Shown here piece after piece: positions 37,436-51,590 of a stretch of 64,000 nucleotides of DNA. A program made the translations under genes and the position numbers. Origin of the DNA: Epiperipatus broadwayi (lineage: Eukaryota; Animalia; Onychophora); contig JAQFVV010000005.1 of assembly GCA_028023455.1 (NCBI GenBank), forward strand, positions 13,516,001-13,580,000. Reading direction: 5' to 3'. Position 1 is the first letter of the stretch; every line of letters begins with the position of its first letter. The notes below the pieces were generated by a model. It made no database searches and was not told the DNA's origin. It saw only the letters and a list, made by a program, of their open reading frames with translations.

Positions 37436-40400
37436 ATGCATTTAAAAATTGCTGGAATTAATGTGAGGGGGCTCAATTCACTGGATCAGGTACATGCAAT
37501 CAAAAACTGGTTGAACAAATCAAACTTACACATTGTAAGTTTCTCCGAGACCAAGTTACATTTTCAGTCCAATATTAAAATACAGCAATTAATGCAGCAA
37601 CATGGATATTTCCATTATCTACCCTCGAATACTGCTTCTTCTGGAGTGGCTTTCCTGATCAATAAAAATCTGGAAAATCAGCAACTAAGAACTCTTCACA
37701 TTAGCAAAGAACTTCTATTTATTAACATTACCATTAATAATAACCCCATAAACATAATTTACCTTTATCTCAAGAATGATACTAATCTAATTCATTCAGT
37801 GATTAATAAAATCAACGCCCTGCTTTCATCCAATAATTCACCCTCAATCTGCTTTAGGGATTTTAACATGACCTATCATCAGTTTACTAACAAATATCTT
37901 CATTTATTCAACAAAGTTATGCTATGTGGAGAAGGTTTCTTTCCTCCTCAATCATTCTTATTTTACACACAACACAAGCAATCGCTAATTGATCTCTTTT
38001 ATTTCCCCGAACTTCATTATAACCTGCATGCCAAGCTGCAATTAGTGCCTTTCTCAGACCACCTTGCTATAAAAATCTCGCTACAACTAGACACAAACAT
38101 GCTAAGTCTTTCAGACCACACAAAAACTATAAGACTTTTGAACAAAGCCACAACACCGGAATGGTTATTCTCAGAAGCATATATCCTTCTAAATAAAATA
38201 CAAGTACTCACTTTGCCACCTGTGCAAGCATGGTCTGCTTTCGTAGGAATCTTGAGCACCCTCATTAACTTTCACACAAAAAGATCTAAGGGACCAAATC
38301 AACTTCTAAAAGAACTTGATTCAATTAGTAATAGGCTAAGTTTACTACCCCTCTCAAGTACCAAAATTCAAGAAATACTAGAATTAAAAACTCAATATCA
38401 CGAAAAACAAAAAGCTCTAGCTCAATACATTGCTACAAAGAGATCCAAAATCTTTTTGGCAAATAGTCATAACTGGACTAGAAGCTACATTTGATGGGCA
38501 CTTAATCGGCTGCTAGACCAACACCGTCTATGATTATCATTAACAGCAAGTGCTATAGTGGACCAGAAATGTTGGAGAGAATTCATTCTCATTTCAAAAC
38601 AAAGTTGCAAAACAATACTTTTCAAACAGGAAACATATGGAATTATACCACAACCAATCACAACATAAATGAAGCCCAAATATTGCAAAAGCTACAGGCA
38701 TTTTCTGAAAGCACTCATCAGGGCCTTCACGCAATCCCGAAATTTTACTATTACACCTTAGTCACTACACAATCCCCACAATCAAAAACATGATTGACAT
38801 GCTGGCCGATGACTTTCAGAACATTCCAGATTTGTACCCAGTGGCACTGGTCCCTTTTCTTAAAAAACAAGAAAAATCCATCTAGTCTAAACAATATATG
38901 ACCTGTTTCCATGATTCCGTTGCTAATTAAGACAATTGAATCCTAAGTTAAGGTCCGGATACAACCCCAACTCTACTCACATATTTCATCTTTTCAATTT
39001 GCCCGAAAAGGATCATCAACCATTAATGCAGTTCAGCGCTTTCTTTTACTAACTGAACACGTCAGACAAACCAATAAGTCAAGGCTACTGGTCGTACAAC
39101 TGGACTTCTCTTCAGCGTTTGACTCGGTAATACCATCCGTACTGTTCCAGACGATGTGGGAGTATCAGGTGCCAGACGTGTACATCAGAATAATAGCAAA
39201 CCTTTTACTAAATTGTTCCATATTTACTTCTTTAGATGGAAGGTTGTCTACAGGTTTTAGACCTCACATCTAGATTCCACAGGGTTCTCCCCTGGCATCA
39301 CTATGTTTTATAACTTACATCAACCCCATGCTCAAGGGCATTGAGAATATCTTACCAAGCATTTATGTTTCCGCCATCAAAAAACAAATCAACCACATCT
39401 CCTATGTGGACGATGTTACCATTTTTCTTCCCAGCGAAGCTCATCTTCCAACACTCTTCACAATTATTGACAAGCATGCCAAAATATTAAACTTCCAAAT
39501 TAACAATAGCAAATCTGGTGATATTTTTAGAAACAACAATAGCAAATCTTCCATCTGGAGAATTAAAATAGGAACAATAATTCCATCCAGATTCACAGCC
39601 AAGCCACAGATTTTTTTAGGATTCCCCATGCCAAAAACTATCATGACTAGAGAAATTCAAAATTCAATCCTTCAAAAAACCAATAAAACAATCAATACTC
39701 TCTCTAGTATTTCGCTTTCAATTCCTGGTAAAATCGCAATCCTTAACATGCTAGTGTTTTCAAGACTCAATTACTATCTACCAATCATCAAGCCTACTAA
39801 AATCTTTGGTAAACAAATAGGCTCATTATGTACTAAGCTATTGTGGAAAAGGAAGGTTGTGGCCATAAGCTTGGCAAAGGCCCAAATGCCTAGAGAACTG
39901 AACGGTCTTGGTCTACACTCGGTTGCTACATTACACTTGCAAAAATCACTAAATCTGCTACACAAACATTCACTGGAAATGGACTATACAAATTTAATCC
40001 AAGAATTTCAACCTACTGATACGCCACCTCCCCATAGTAAAGGATGGTTGACTGACATCTGGATACATGTCAATGGCTGTATTAAATTAACTCCAAATAT
40101 CTTCAATGAAAAAAAAGTCCTACTGAGAAACTTACAGGCTAAAGAAAGATTATCCCTCAGCTCTCCATAATGCTTTTGGATTAAACAACAAATTATTGAT
40201 CAAAAAAGCCAAACACTGGTTTCTGGAACCCAAATTTATTGATTTTCTTCTGAAATTGAACCTCTCATCACTACCCACTAATCAGTTCCTCGTAATGAGG
40301 AGGGGTTTTAACAAAATTAGCTCTCAATGTCAACTCTGTCAGAGGGATGAGGAAACAATTCAACACATTTTCCTAGATTGTCCATCACTCAGCATTCTTG

Positions 40401-40678
40401 GGTCTTTCATTGACGAAAAGGTAAAACGCTTTTCTACAGACACATTCTTAATCCAGCAAGCAATTAAAGCTGGCAATTTTGCTAACATTAGATTAGCAAT
40501 TTTCCTATCTTTCGCCATCTGGCTAATGAGATGCAGTTTTGTTCTGGGCAATGTGAACACCAGTACCCTTCAAGTATTTAAAACACTCATCAAGGGTAAT
40601 ATCATTAGAGATAAAATGCTTGCTCCGGATTGGCTGCATCAACAAATCTGGGCTGGCACCTCCATGCTAGTGCACTGA
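37436..40678 (+). pseudogene. L1/Tx1 copy 2 ORF2 (APE-RT-zinc finger), frameshifted
   Basis: MHLKIAGINVRGLN, SFSETK, SDHLA, QLDFSSAFDSV, PQGSPL, ISYVDD and CQLC..ETIQHIFLDC. Confidence 0.92.
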
Positions 40679-42748
40679 TTATTGCAAAGACATTAATGAT
40701 CAAATATGAGTCTCGCCTCATCAATGCAATACCAAGATGAGCTCCGTCATATATATGTGAACTCTACCATACTATCTAAAGACTACCAATTAATGGATTG
40801 ATCACACCTTCTACCTCAACAATAAAAGCTAACAAATTTAATCACGAGCTGAATGGCTTAACTTATAAGTGATGGACAGATCTCGGGATGCTTGGGCTCG
40901 GACTGATGGATTGGGAATGAATCAATGACCTTGTCAGTGTTCTCCCAGCCCACATAGCCACTGCTTCACATCTTGACTTTAAACCTATACTCATTATAAA
41001 TTTGGACGTGCCTTTCAATGCTCAATGAGGCATACATAATTGTTCAACTGGGACAAAGTATGGACCAATCTATAATACTACTGAACCGTTGATCCAACAT
41101 TCATGTATATATCCACTTCTCATTTAGCTATGGACATTGCTTGGTATTCATGAAATCATCATTGTATAAAATTGTATAAATCATTTAAATAAATCGTTAT
41201 TTAAAAAAAAAAAAGCATAAAACAATGTAGTTTTAGAATATTTCTATAGATACAGATTCAAATTTTCATTTTTATTGAATTTTAAATAAATATTATGATC
41301 AAATATTAATGGATTTCTGTACTACACTGTTCTGCTAATAATGACTTTAAAAATTTAATAAGCATGTATCAGATAACAGAATCTATCCACTTTTCAAAGT
41401 TCATGAGAAAAAAAAATACAAAAACAACCATTATTTTTTAACTATTTAACATCTAATTAAAATTAGACAATATAAATGTAAAATCAACATATTACTCACC
41501 AGTCTGCAGAGCATTTATTTAGTTTCTTATGGAAATTCACCCCAAAAATAGATATATATATATGTAAATATTGCCTTTAATGAATAAATAATGTAGCTTT
41601 TCAAACATCCTTTGAGTATAAATGTTTAGGTGTTTATGCGTTGAGGACTGATTTGAAATAAAATTTTGGTAAATTTGATTTTGTATAGCATCCAAATGAC
41701 AATCTATTTTCTTTTCAAAGTTTAAAAATGAATAAAAATAATAATTCAACTTGGAAACACAAAGAAATATGATGTTTGAAAACAATTATGAATGTTTTTT
41801 AATTATAGATGGGACATTCCATAAAGTGTTGTTTTTATTTTTTAAAAAAATACACATAGTAGATGGCCATTAAAGAAATAAAAAGTGACCAACTCCAACT
41901 ATCTTAATTAAAATGTTTTTGTTATGGATGATTAAATAAAATAATAGTTCAGAAAATTATAGAAAATAAAAATTCCTGTTATGAATAGAAAGAACACAAT
42001 GATATTTGAATATGTTAATTACACAGTCCAGCACTTAATTATGAATATCATGAAAAGTAAATATATTCACAAACGTAGTCACTCAAATTATATTAACATT
42101 AAGCTAATATTCATATATTTTATTCAGTATGGTTTTGTCATTTCCCCATTTCTATTGAGTTTGAAAATTTTCCTGTGATAAACACAGAAATAGTCAAAAA
42201 TGTATGAACATTTGGAGTAAAGTTTTATTGTAAGATGACGAAGAGAGATCTTAAATATGATGATAATGATTCATTATGTTTATAAGAAGCCAAGATAAAT
42301 TATGATCACAGGTGAATTATATCAGAGAGGGAGTTGTGATTTTAATAAAAAAATTTAAAAATGACAATTTTTCTTAGGATTAAATTATGATTATCTACAA
42401 TCCACCTAAGCTAATCAAATATTTCAGGTCATTTCTAATAGTTTAAAAATATCTCCACTATCAACATCATATTTAAAAAAAAAAAGGTTCTGCAAAGTAA
42501 TTATCAGAAACTGTCTTAATCTTTAGCAGCACAGATGACATTATCAAGTTCTTTTCCAGCAAAATCTAAAACAAAAAATCAGTATAATTATAGATTTTAT
42601 TTAACATATTATTTTAAGTTATTTATATTTCATAATAAATTTAACATTAAAAGATTTTAAAATCAGAATAAATTCATCATGTATACATACATAAAATTCA
42701 AAAACAAAAATAACATTTCAATATGAAATATTTATATTATACTATCTA

Positions 42749-44110
42749 GTAGATCCATAAACCAAAACACTATCATACACGGAAAAAATTTTTTTATTTC
42801 ATATACTAAAGTTAGTTCTTTACTTTATCCCAAAGTTAATAGCCATCATATGTATATATTCATATATGTACACACACACACACATTTTAGTAGAACCATT
42901 AAAAAACAAATAAACAACAAATAAATCTTTGTATATATGCCTATGATTAATGTTTTAAAATTATGTTTAGCAACAATAATTGCTTGATGAAATTTTATAA
43001 GAAAACCACCAGAAGTCATATATCATAACAGATTACATTGTTCAACAAAATGATTATTTGTGACTGGTCAGCAAAAATAAAACATATTGGAAGTTCTTTT
43101 TTTAAAGTATATATTTTCTTATTTATATACTCATTTGCTGCAGAAGAAAACTGAACTTCGGACAAATCTTACTTCATTATAAGAGTAAAAATGTATATAC
43201 TTATGAAATTTTATACAAAGTCTACCTCATGGCTGCTTAAAGAAAATTAATATCTATTCCCAGGCTAACAAAAATAAAAATCAACGGCTTAGCAATGACC
43301 AAATCACTTTTAGAAATCGCTTTTGAAAATTATTTGCTTCACAAAAATGTTCAAAGGATGTCTATATGACTTCAAATAAATATATGCATGTATTTATTAT
43401 GGAATATTATCATCTAATATTAATAAAGAATTCAAGTGATAGTGCTAATATATACAAGAAGATTATTTATAAAGTAACATTGGACCCGATTTAGTTTGCA
43501 CTCATGGCCATTTTGAAATCTAAAAACCAGCCAAGACCACTGTTGACACATCCAATCGATAAATGACATAAATATTGAATAAAAGTACTTTAAATTCATA
43601 TTTTAGAAATTATAAGCTTATAGTATAATTCATATTTTAGAAGTTATAATCTTTTTGTATTTGGAAATTGTAAGCTTGGTTTGATCAGACTTCTGCATCT
43701 TTTGGACGATACTTTGTATCGGTCAAATAATCCTTCCCTTTTCTTGCATACTCCGGTGCTTTGTGCCGTCATATTTAAAATATTTTATGAAGGTAAATTT
43801 TAAAAAAACAAAATCCTTAATAAAATAAAGCATATTATTTTTACAAGTTTATACTTTCTAAAATATGAATTTAAAGTAATTAATTCAATATTTATGTCAT
43901 TTATCATATAGATGTGTCAGCGGTGGTTTTTAGATTTCAAAATGGCCACGAGTACAAACTAAATTGGGACTGGAACATGAGCCTCTTAATTTCATTTTAT
44001 CTTTATTTGCTTTATATTTATTGGTCAAACTTTTCATGAATAGATCTTAAGCTTGCATGCACAGTCCTAGATTTAAGGATTATCATATAACACAAAGCAC
44101 AGTTATTTTT
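42749..44110 (+). repeat. Local duplication, copy 1 (paralog 45513-46370); contains a MITE absent from copy 2
   Basis: Long co-linear matches, e.g. AATGTTTTAAAATTATGTTTAGCAACAATAAT, GGCTTAGCAATGACC, AAAATTATTTGCTTCACAAAA and GAATAGATCTTAAGCTTG. Confidence 0.88.
43481..43973. mobile_element. About 490-bp MITE with TIRs of about 135 bp
   Basis: CCC(G/A)ATTTAGTTTG(C/T)ACTC(A/G)TGGCCATTTTGAAATCTAAAAACCA inverted at both ends. Candidate 5-bp TSD AACAT. The site is empty in the paralog near 46215. Confidence 0.85.
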
Positions 44111-45512
44111 AAGAATAACTAACATCAGAGCAAAACTCTCCATACATGTGATGCTTAATGGTTTAATAACTAACATCATAAATATAAGATGAAGATATTA
44201 CAAATAAGTATAGTTCAAGTGACTATAGGGAGAAAAATTATTTTATTGAACATCAACCTGAGCATTCTCTTGGAAAATCTTTTCAACTTTCCTGTTGTAA
44301 CTGTAAAACTAAGTGTCCCAAAATTTTGTATAAACAAGAGAAATTAGTTCATAATAATATTTCTAAAAATGTTAAAACTATTAAAAGGGCCAATAAATCA
44401 CATATGATATAGATTGTAGTCTGCAATGTTTTGAAAGTAGCTATAGAACAGGGATTATATAAAACCTGAATAGTCACCAAAACAAAATATGTAATAAAGA
44501 CATTAAAAAGTTAGAATGTTTGGATGACAAAGAAGAGATAACTGAGATAGAAGATTTTACAAACTTCTGGATAATCCATGATACAAAAGAAGTGCACTAA
44601 GCATTCATTTACACTGGAAAATAAGAATTATCTAATACAACACATGAGATTGTTCTGAGTATTGTTTATAGTATGGCTATAGGTCAGAAGCAAAAGCATC
44701 TCTAACCAACATCTATGCCAGTTAGCTTACAATAAATATTATTATGAAACAAGATTTAAAAAGTCTTTAAAATTTCATAAGATACGTGCACATAGAAAAT
44801 ATATCAATACAGATGCTGGTTGTCAGAAAACTGAGCAATCTTTTTACAAGTGTGTATATAAAAGGGAAAGTGGTTGTGAAATAAATGGACATGTGTATCA
44901 TTGCTCACAAATTGCCTCAGTATCATTTTCTCTGCACCTGTCATGATTATATAACTCTAGTTGAAAATGTTTAATGAAGAGTAAATGAATTTATTTTCAT
45001 TATATAAAGAAAACTAACATTTAGAAGTTGAAGACAGGCAAACAAGGTATGTTTAACAGGTAAACATCCCACCTCTTAAAATTTCTTTCAATCCAAAGAT
45101 AAATTTAGTACTAGCATATTTTGTTACATTAACTTGACATATTAACTTATTGAAATAAATTGGCCAAATGTGTTGTTTTACTCATTTGTTTTAAGGATAT
45201 ATGCATCTCATTGAATGATAAAGTTATTATTCATTGGTAGAAGTGTGCTAAAAGTATAATACGAAAGAACAGTTCTAATGGATAACATCCATCTACTCAT
45301 TTTGGGGTATCTGCTTGTAAATAAAATTTGTGGATGCAATCTAAATCAAAAATTTACCATGTTACTAAGGTATTATTTGAATAAAGTCTGCCATTCTATC
45401 TCAAAAAAAATAGACGGAAATTCAGAATAATTAGTTGTTTTAACCTTAATATAATCATTATCAGCAAGAATAATTTTTTCCTTTTCTTTAGTAAGGGAAT
45501 TTGTACCATCTA

Positions 45513-46370
45513 GTAGGTCCTTTAAACCAAAACAAAACCATACACGCAAAAAAAAAAATTTTGTATATATTAAAGATAATTCATTACTTTATCCTGAAGT
45601 TAATAGCTATCATATGTATATATTCATATATATACAAATATTTCAGTAGGAACATTAGTGAATAATCAACTAATAATACTTTCATGTGTATAAAACTTTG
45701 TATATATGTGTATGACCAATGTTTTAAAATTATGTTTAGCAACAATAATAATTGCTTGGTGAAATTTTATAAGAAAATCGCAAGCAAGTCATATATAACA
45801 ATAACAATGACAAAACAATTAAGAGAGATTGTGATTGGTTAGCAAAAATAAAAAATATTGAGGTTTTTTTTTTAAAGCATATTTTCTTGTTTATATACTC
45901 TTTTGCTGTAAAAGAAAATTGAATTTCTAATAGATCTTATTTCATTACAAGAGTAAAGTCTACCTCATGATTGCTTAAAGAAAATTAACATCTATTCCCC
46001 AGTAAATGAAAATTTTAACCAATGGCTTAGCAATGACCGAATCACTTTTAGAACTTGTGTTCGAAAATTATTTGCTTCACAAAACTGTTCAAAAAATATC
46101 TATGTGACTTCAAATAAATAAATGCGTGTATTTAGTATGGGATATTATCATCTAATATTAATAAAGAAATCAAGTGATAGTGTTAATATATAAAATGAGA
46201 AAATTACTTAAAAAAGAATATCAGCCTCTTAATTTTATTTACCTTCCTTATAACCTCGTTACATTACCTATTGGATTATTGTATGCTTATTGGCCAGATT
46301 TTTCGTGAATAGATCTTAAGCTTGTGTGACATTCCTAAATTTAAGGATTATCATATAACATAAAGGGTAA
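45513..46370 (+). repeat. Local duplication, copy 2
   Basis: See 42749-44110. Confidence 0.88.
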
Positions 46371-49300
46371 AGCAGTTTTTTCCTTACAGAAATTATGATA
46401 ACAAAATTGCTCAGATATTTTGAAATGAAAGTTTAACTGTATTGAACACAAAGAATGAATATACCGTGCGTAGTAATTAGATAAATGGATTACTATCATC
46501 AAAGGATCCTGATATAAAACTCCACTTACTAATGGAAATCTTTTATTAATATCTTCATATTATGGTGTTTACTAACATTGGATATTTATAAAATATGAAA
46601 TATGTACTTATAAAGTAAATCATACTCATTATGGATTATTAAGTTCTGTTTTGAAATTTTATAATGTTTATTTATAATTAGTTATGCTAGTTCGTTATTT
46701 TAAGAATGGATGATAAAAAACAAACGTAACTAAGGGAAGATAATTATAATCATTCCAAATTGTATCAATTCAAGCATATACAAATAACACATTTAGATTT
46801 TCTTATATTTAGTTGATTAATAAATCGTAATAAGTTTAAGCTCTCATTTTATATCCCTTTATTAAGGCTTAATTATAAACATTTGTATATTTTCCCTTAA
46901 TTATAAATATATGTATGTTGTTCTGCACCACTACAGGTCTAAATACTTAATGCAAATATTTCATAAGAAACTCTCTTTATTCATCATATTCTTAATATGA
47001 TTTATAGTTTGTTTCTCTGTTGTAAATAAATCATTATTATTAACCTAATACATTATTGATATAGGATATTAATTACTCTATTAATCAATATAATCATTAT
47101 AAATAGCATCCAAAAAATACAAATTGTTTAGTATCCACATTATTATATTTGTATTACATTTTAGGAGCTAGCATTTATTATTAATCAATTTATCATAATA
47201 TTGTATTGGTATAAGTGGTGAAATTCAGTCAAATATATAATAGAGGGCCTATTTTATCTTGCTTAAACCAAATTTATTTACTATAAAATTTCATTCAAGT
47301 ACAATAGTTTCTATCTCTTAGGCAACCCACCCTATTCACCGCATTTGTACCGGTACAATATATAAACTAAAAGAAAACAGAAAAATTTTAAATTTTAAAA
47401 CTGAGCTGCGATAGATTTTATTGATATCAGACTGTTAAGTTCTAAAAGTAAGCCACCACAAAAGAAAAAAAAATGAAAGAAATTAAAGGCCTATAATATA
47501 AATATATGTAAAAAAAAAAAAACTTAATTAAAATATAAATCTTAAAAAAATTGTTAGCATTTGATTGAACTTCTGGAAAAACACAGTTTTAATTAAAAAA
47601 AAAAAATTTGCATAGCTCCAAATATTAAAATAATTAACCAAAAATTAATTTCTTTATTTTTCATACTGATTCATGGCTTAAAAATGGAATTTTTGTTCAT
47701 AGCAGCCTTAAAGGCAAAATATAATTCAGTTTTTAATATGTATATGATTTAAATTGTAATAAAATTCTTTATAGTATAATGACTGCATTTGCACAATTTC
47801 CTAAGAAAATATTTGATATATTTTTTAAAACATCTTCAGACCTAAGATTAACAATTCTATTAGTGAACTCTTGTTTCGTCTTTTTCAAGAAAATATACTA
47901 CATGATAGATATGTAAAAATGAAAGAATATAAATTACTAAAATTAGTTATTAATAAAATATAACTTGACCATTATCTTTAATTACAACTCATTATGATTA
48001 AAAACATTCAATTAAGTTTGCAAAATGAGTGTATTTGTATACGTATATAAAGTATGTATCCTTGTAACATTAATATAATAATTATGTTTACATATAGTCA
48101 GTAGATTTTTTTAAAATCTTATGTAATCATTAATTTAAAAAATTTGGGAAAAAAATATTTATTTGCTTGTGACAACTTTTATCACTTAAATTATCATGAA
48201 AAAGAGAAGACCTAATTTAGAAATTGCAAAGAAAAATCTTTCAATGGATCAAGAGTTTATTATAATTTGTACCGATATGGGGAAAAAATTGAATAATCTT
48301 CACCTATGAGAATGATCTGCAAATAATCAACAACATTATCTCTTGGATGAAATGTTGATTCAAAGATGATATATATATATACTGTTTTCAAAAAAAGTTT
48401 TTGTTGCATCTCTGCCTTCTTTTACTTTACTAATTTCAATCATTTAAATTAATATAATTATAATAGATGTAAATCACTCATAACAAGTCATGTCCATGTA
48501 TTATGATGATGATAAGTGTTCTGCAGTATTTCCACCCATAACTATATACAATAAAATTCTAATCTTTTTCCTACTTTTTTTTTTACTTTTGCGAAAGCTC
48601 TCCATACCAAAAAAGAAATTGTAGGGACATGTTCAGCAAACTGAAATCCCACAACTGGCATCTTGCAAGACAATACAATCAAAAAATCAGTTGCTTAAAC
48701 CTGGATTTGGGATGGGAATTTCAATATGTAAATGACTAATTATCTTATCTACCATAAAAATGGATGTTCTTTCCTACATATACTGTCATAATATAATTGT
48801 TGAATAGAAGTGGTACAAATAATTATAAAATCAGCAACAATAATGGTTATAATTATCAGGGATAATGCTAACAAAAATATTTTCAATTTCTAAATATAAG
48901 TACATAAAAAGTGCAAAATTCACTTAATATACACTCTTTTAAAATCATAACAAAAGATAGAGCTTATATACAAGAATCTGAGAGAATTAAATTCTTATTG
49001 CTATCCTTAAGAATGAAGTTGAAGTGAACAAACAGAAGACTAAGTTTTATTGAAAGAGTAACTTATTAAGTAAAAATAGACTGCATGATATTGAATCCCC
49101 AATTATCAATGAGACAACTATTGATAACAGACTTCTGTGCAATGATAATTATCATTTTTATCATTAATTATACTCCAATTTTCAAATTGCAAATGATCAA
49201 AATTAATTATTTTTTGGGATGAGTAACTATATTAGGAACAATAATTTTTGTCCAAAGATAATAATAGTAATGGCTTTATAAATTCAAATTTTGTCTCTTA

Positions 49301-49439
49301 TTAATAAATTTTTGCAGAAGTCATGAACTAACTTTACAGAACAGTTTATTTAGGCTAAAAAACCACAATAAAAAAATTAGAATGCATTCATAATCAAACA
49401 ATAGCATCTTATGAATTACACAAACCTTTGGAATGTAAA

Positions 49440-51590
49440 ATATAATATAATATAATATAAATACTTATGGGTGTAGATTGTTGGATAAGTGATAGATGAA
49501 AATGCTCCAAAATCAAAATGATAGTTCAATTTTAAAAAACTAGTACTACTCAAAAATATTTATAATCATTCATTCTTTAAAATAAATGCTACATTTCAAT
49601 AGCTATTAAAAATTGGAAACCAACTGAAAGATAAAAGCCCTTTGAGTAAACCTGATTATGGTGACAGAAATAAGAGAATACGGACTTATGAGATTCTCAG
49701 AAAAAGAAAAACTACATTATGTATTCTTTCTTTGAAAAAAAAGCTAAATAAAAATAGTATGAAAGCAACCAAAGGAAAATAAAGCAGAATTGAATTATAT
49801 TTTGATTAACAGAAAAATATGTATTTCAAGGTTGTAATGTTCTTAATAGATTAAACACAGGAAGTAATGGTAGATTAGTGAGATATGTTAATAAAAAACT
49901 AGATACAACATTAACAGATAATAGTTTTAAAGAACATTCTAATGGATTTAAATTAAAATTAGCAAACTGATTTAAAATATTTATGGACTTTGATGATGGT
50001 TCGGACTTGAGTGGGATCAATAAGATAAATGATACTTTATTAAGATTTGTACAAAAACAGCAATTTGTCAATAAATTTCAATTGAGACGACATTATATAA
50101 AAGAAATGAAGGAATATAAAAATATATCTGGAGTTAGGATAGTACAAAAATGAATTAATAATAATTTTAAAAATATAACTATGATATTGGAAAAAATGTT
50201 ATTTTAGCGATAAGAAAATATGGAATTATTACTAAAAAGAGGAATGACATTAGTGGAAGAGTTCTAAAAAAAATTGTATAATAATAATAATAACAAATTA
50301 ACCATTACAATTACTACATCTAAATTGCTAAGCATTTTAAATGACAGGGTAAGATATGCGATTAAATATTTATGAAGAAGAGAAGAACACTGGGAAATTA
50401 TTATCTTGAAGCATTTGGAGAATTAGAAAAACCATTATCAAAACTATATACTAAATGTCTAAATAATAAAAATGTATACCAAATGATTGGGAAAATGCAA
50501 TAATAATACTGATATTTAAGAAAGGTGATAAAGATATTAGAAATTACAGATTTATCAGTTCTATATAAAATCTTTACCAAGATAATTACAACTTCTCTAC
50601 AGTAAACATTGGATTGAAACCAATCAAAAAAAAAAACAAGCTCGATTTAAATGGAGCACATCCAGGTATTGAGAGAAATTACAGAAACAGACAATAAATA
50701 TGAATTGCCATTATGCATACAGTTTATGAACAGGCATTTAACTTTGTAAGCACCCTCACACTGATTAAAGCTTCGGACCATCAAAATAGAGACCTAGCAT
50801 ATTGTAATAAGTTGACGAACATTTATCAAAATGCAGCAGCAGTCATTAGACTACATGATAAGGGTGTTCATCAAAACGATTCCATAATTCTAAAATCTTT
50901 ACAGCAGTTTTATAAATACTTTGTGGATTAAAATGGTAAGCTAAAGTAATGAAAGTATATGGATTTTATTTAAATTATCTAAATTTTTGCAAATGTAATT
51001 GTTTTGCAAATGATGCTTCGGAGCTGCAACAAATGTTGCTATGAGTTGTATGATTAAAGTAAGAAAGTAAGTAGGACTACAGATAAATATAAAAAGCTCA
51101 AGAGAAAATAAAGATTGATAACCATGAATTAGAAGAATTTAACAACTATATATATTGGTATAGAATTAAATTTGGATGGATCATATTTGATAGAAATAAG
51201 TTAGTATTAAAAAAAAATATGTCTGTGCATTTGAAAAGGGTTTTTAATAGATGATTTTGCACTACTTATTATATGTGAGATTTAGATATTAACAGAAAAG
51301 CAATAAAGACTGCAGATAATTGACAAAATATGGAAATATATTGGGAGAAACAAGAAAAGTTTGAAAATGAATACTTGTATGAAAATAAAGTTTATTATTG
51401 ACATCATTGAAAAAATTAAGACTGAAATAGTGTTGGGCTGGACATATTGCTAGAAAAGATATGAGACTGCAAGACTCAGAAAGAAACCAATATAAGATAG
51501 ATGTGGAAAAAAGAAGCTATGAATCACAGAAACTGAATTAAACTTGGAGATCTTCATCTTGCAGCAAGCTGATAATTTTGAAAATGATAA
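49440..51590 (+). mobile_element. Highly degraded RTE-clade LINE with internal deletions
   Basis: Co-linear nucleotide similarity to 60174-63467 from the endonuclease region to the 3' end (AAACTTGGAGA..CTTCATC.TGCAG..GATAAT). Confidence 0.8.

Larger units (their letters stand above)
33773..41212 (+). mobile_element. Full-length L1/Tx1-like LINE, copy 2, carrying a nested Penelope fragment
   Basis: TSD AAG(T/C)ATAAAACAATGTA at 33756-33772 and 41213-41229. Poly(A) from 41203 with AATAAA upstream. ORF1 and ORF2 are homologous to copy 1. Confidence 0.92.

Noticed and set aside
41490-41530. Minus-strand microexon ending at a GTGAGT donor
   Set aside because: The acceptor is ambiguous (4-nt or 26-nt exon), and there is no support beyond the motif. 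Cited only as weak context.
44590-44830. Possible RNase H remnant (AFIYTG..., HKIRAH)
   Set aside because: Catalytic residues are not recoverable, and multiple stops are present; needs a TBLASTN/HMM search.
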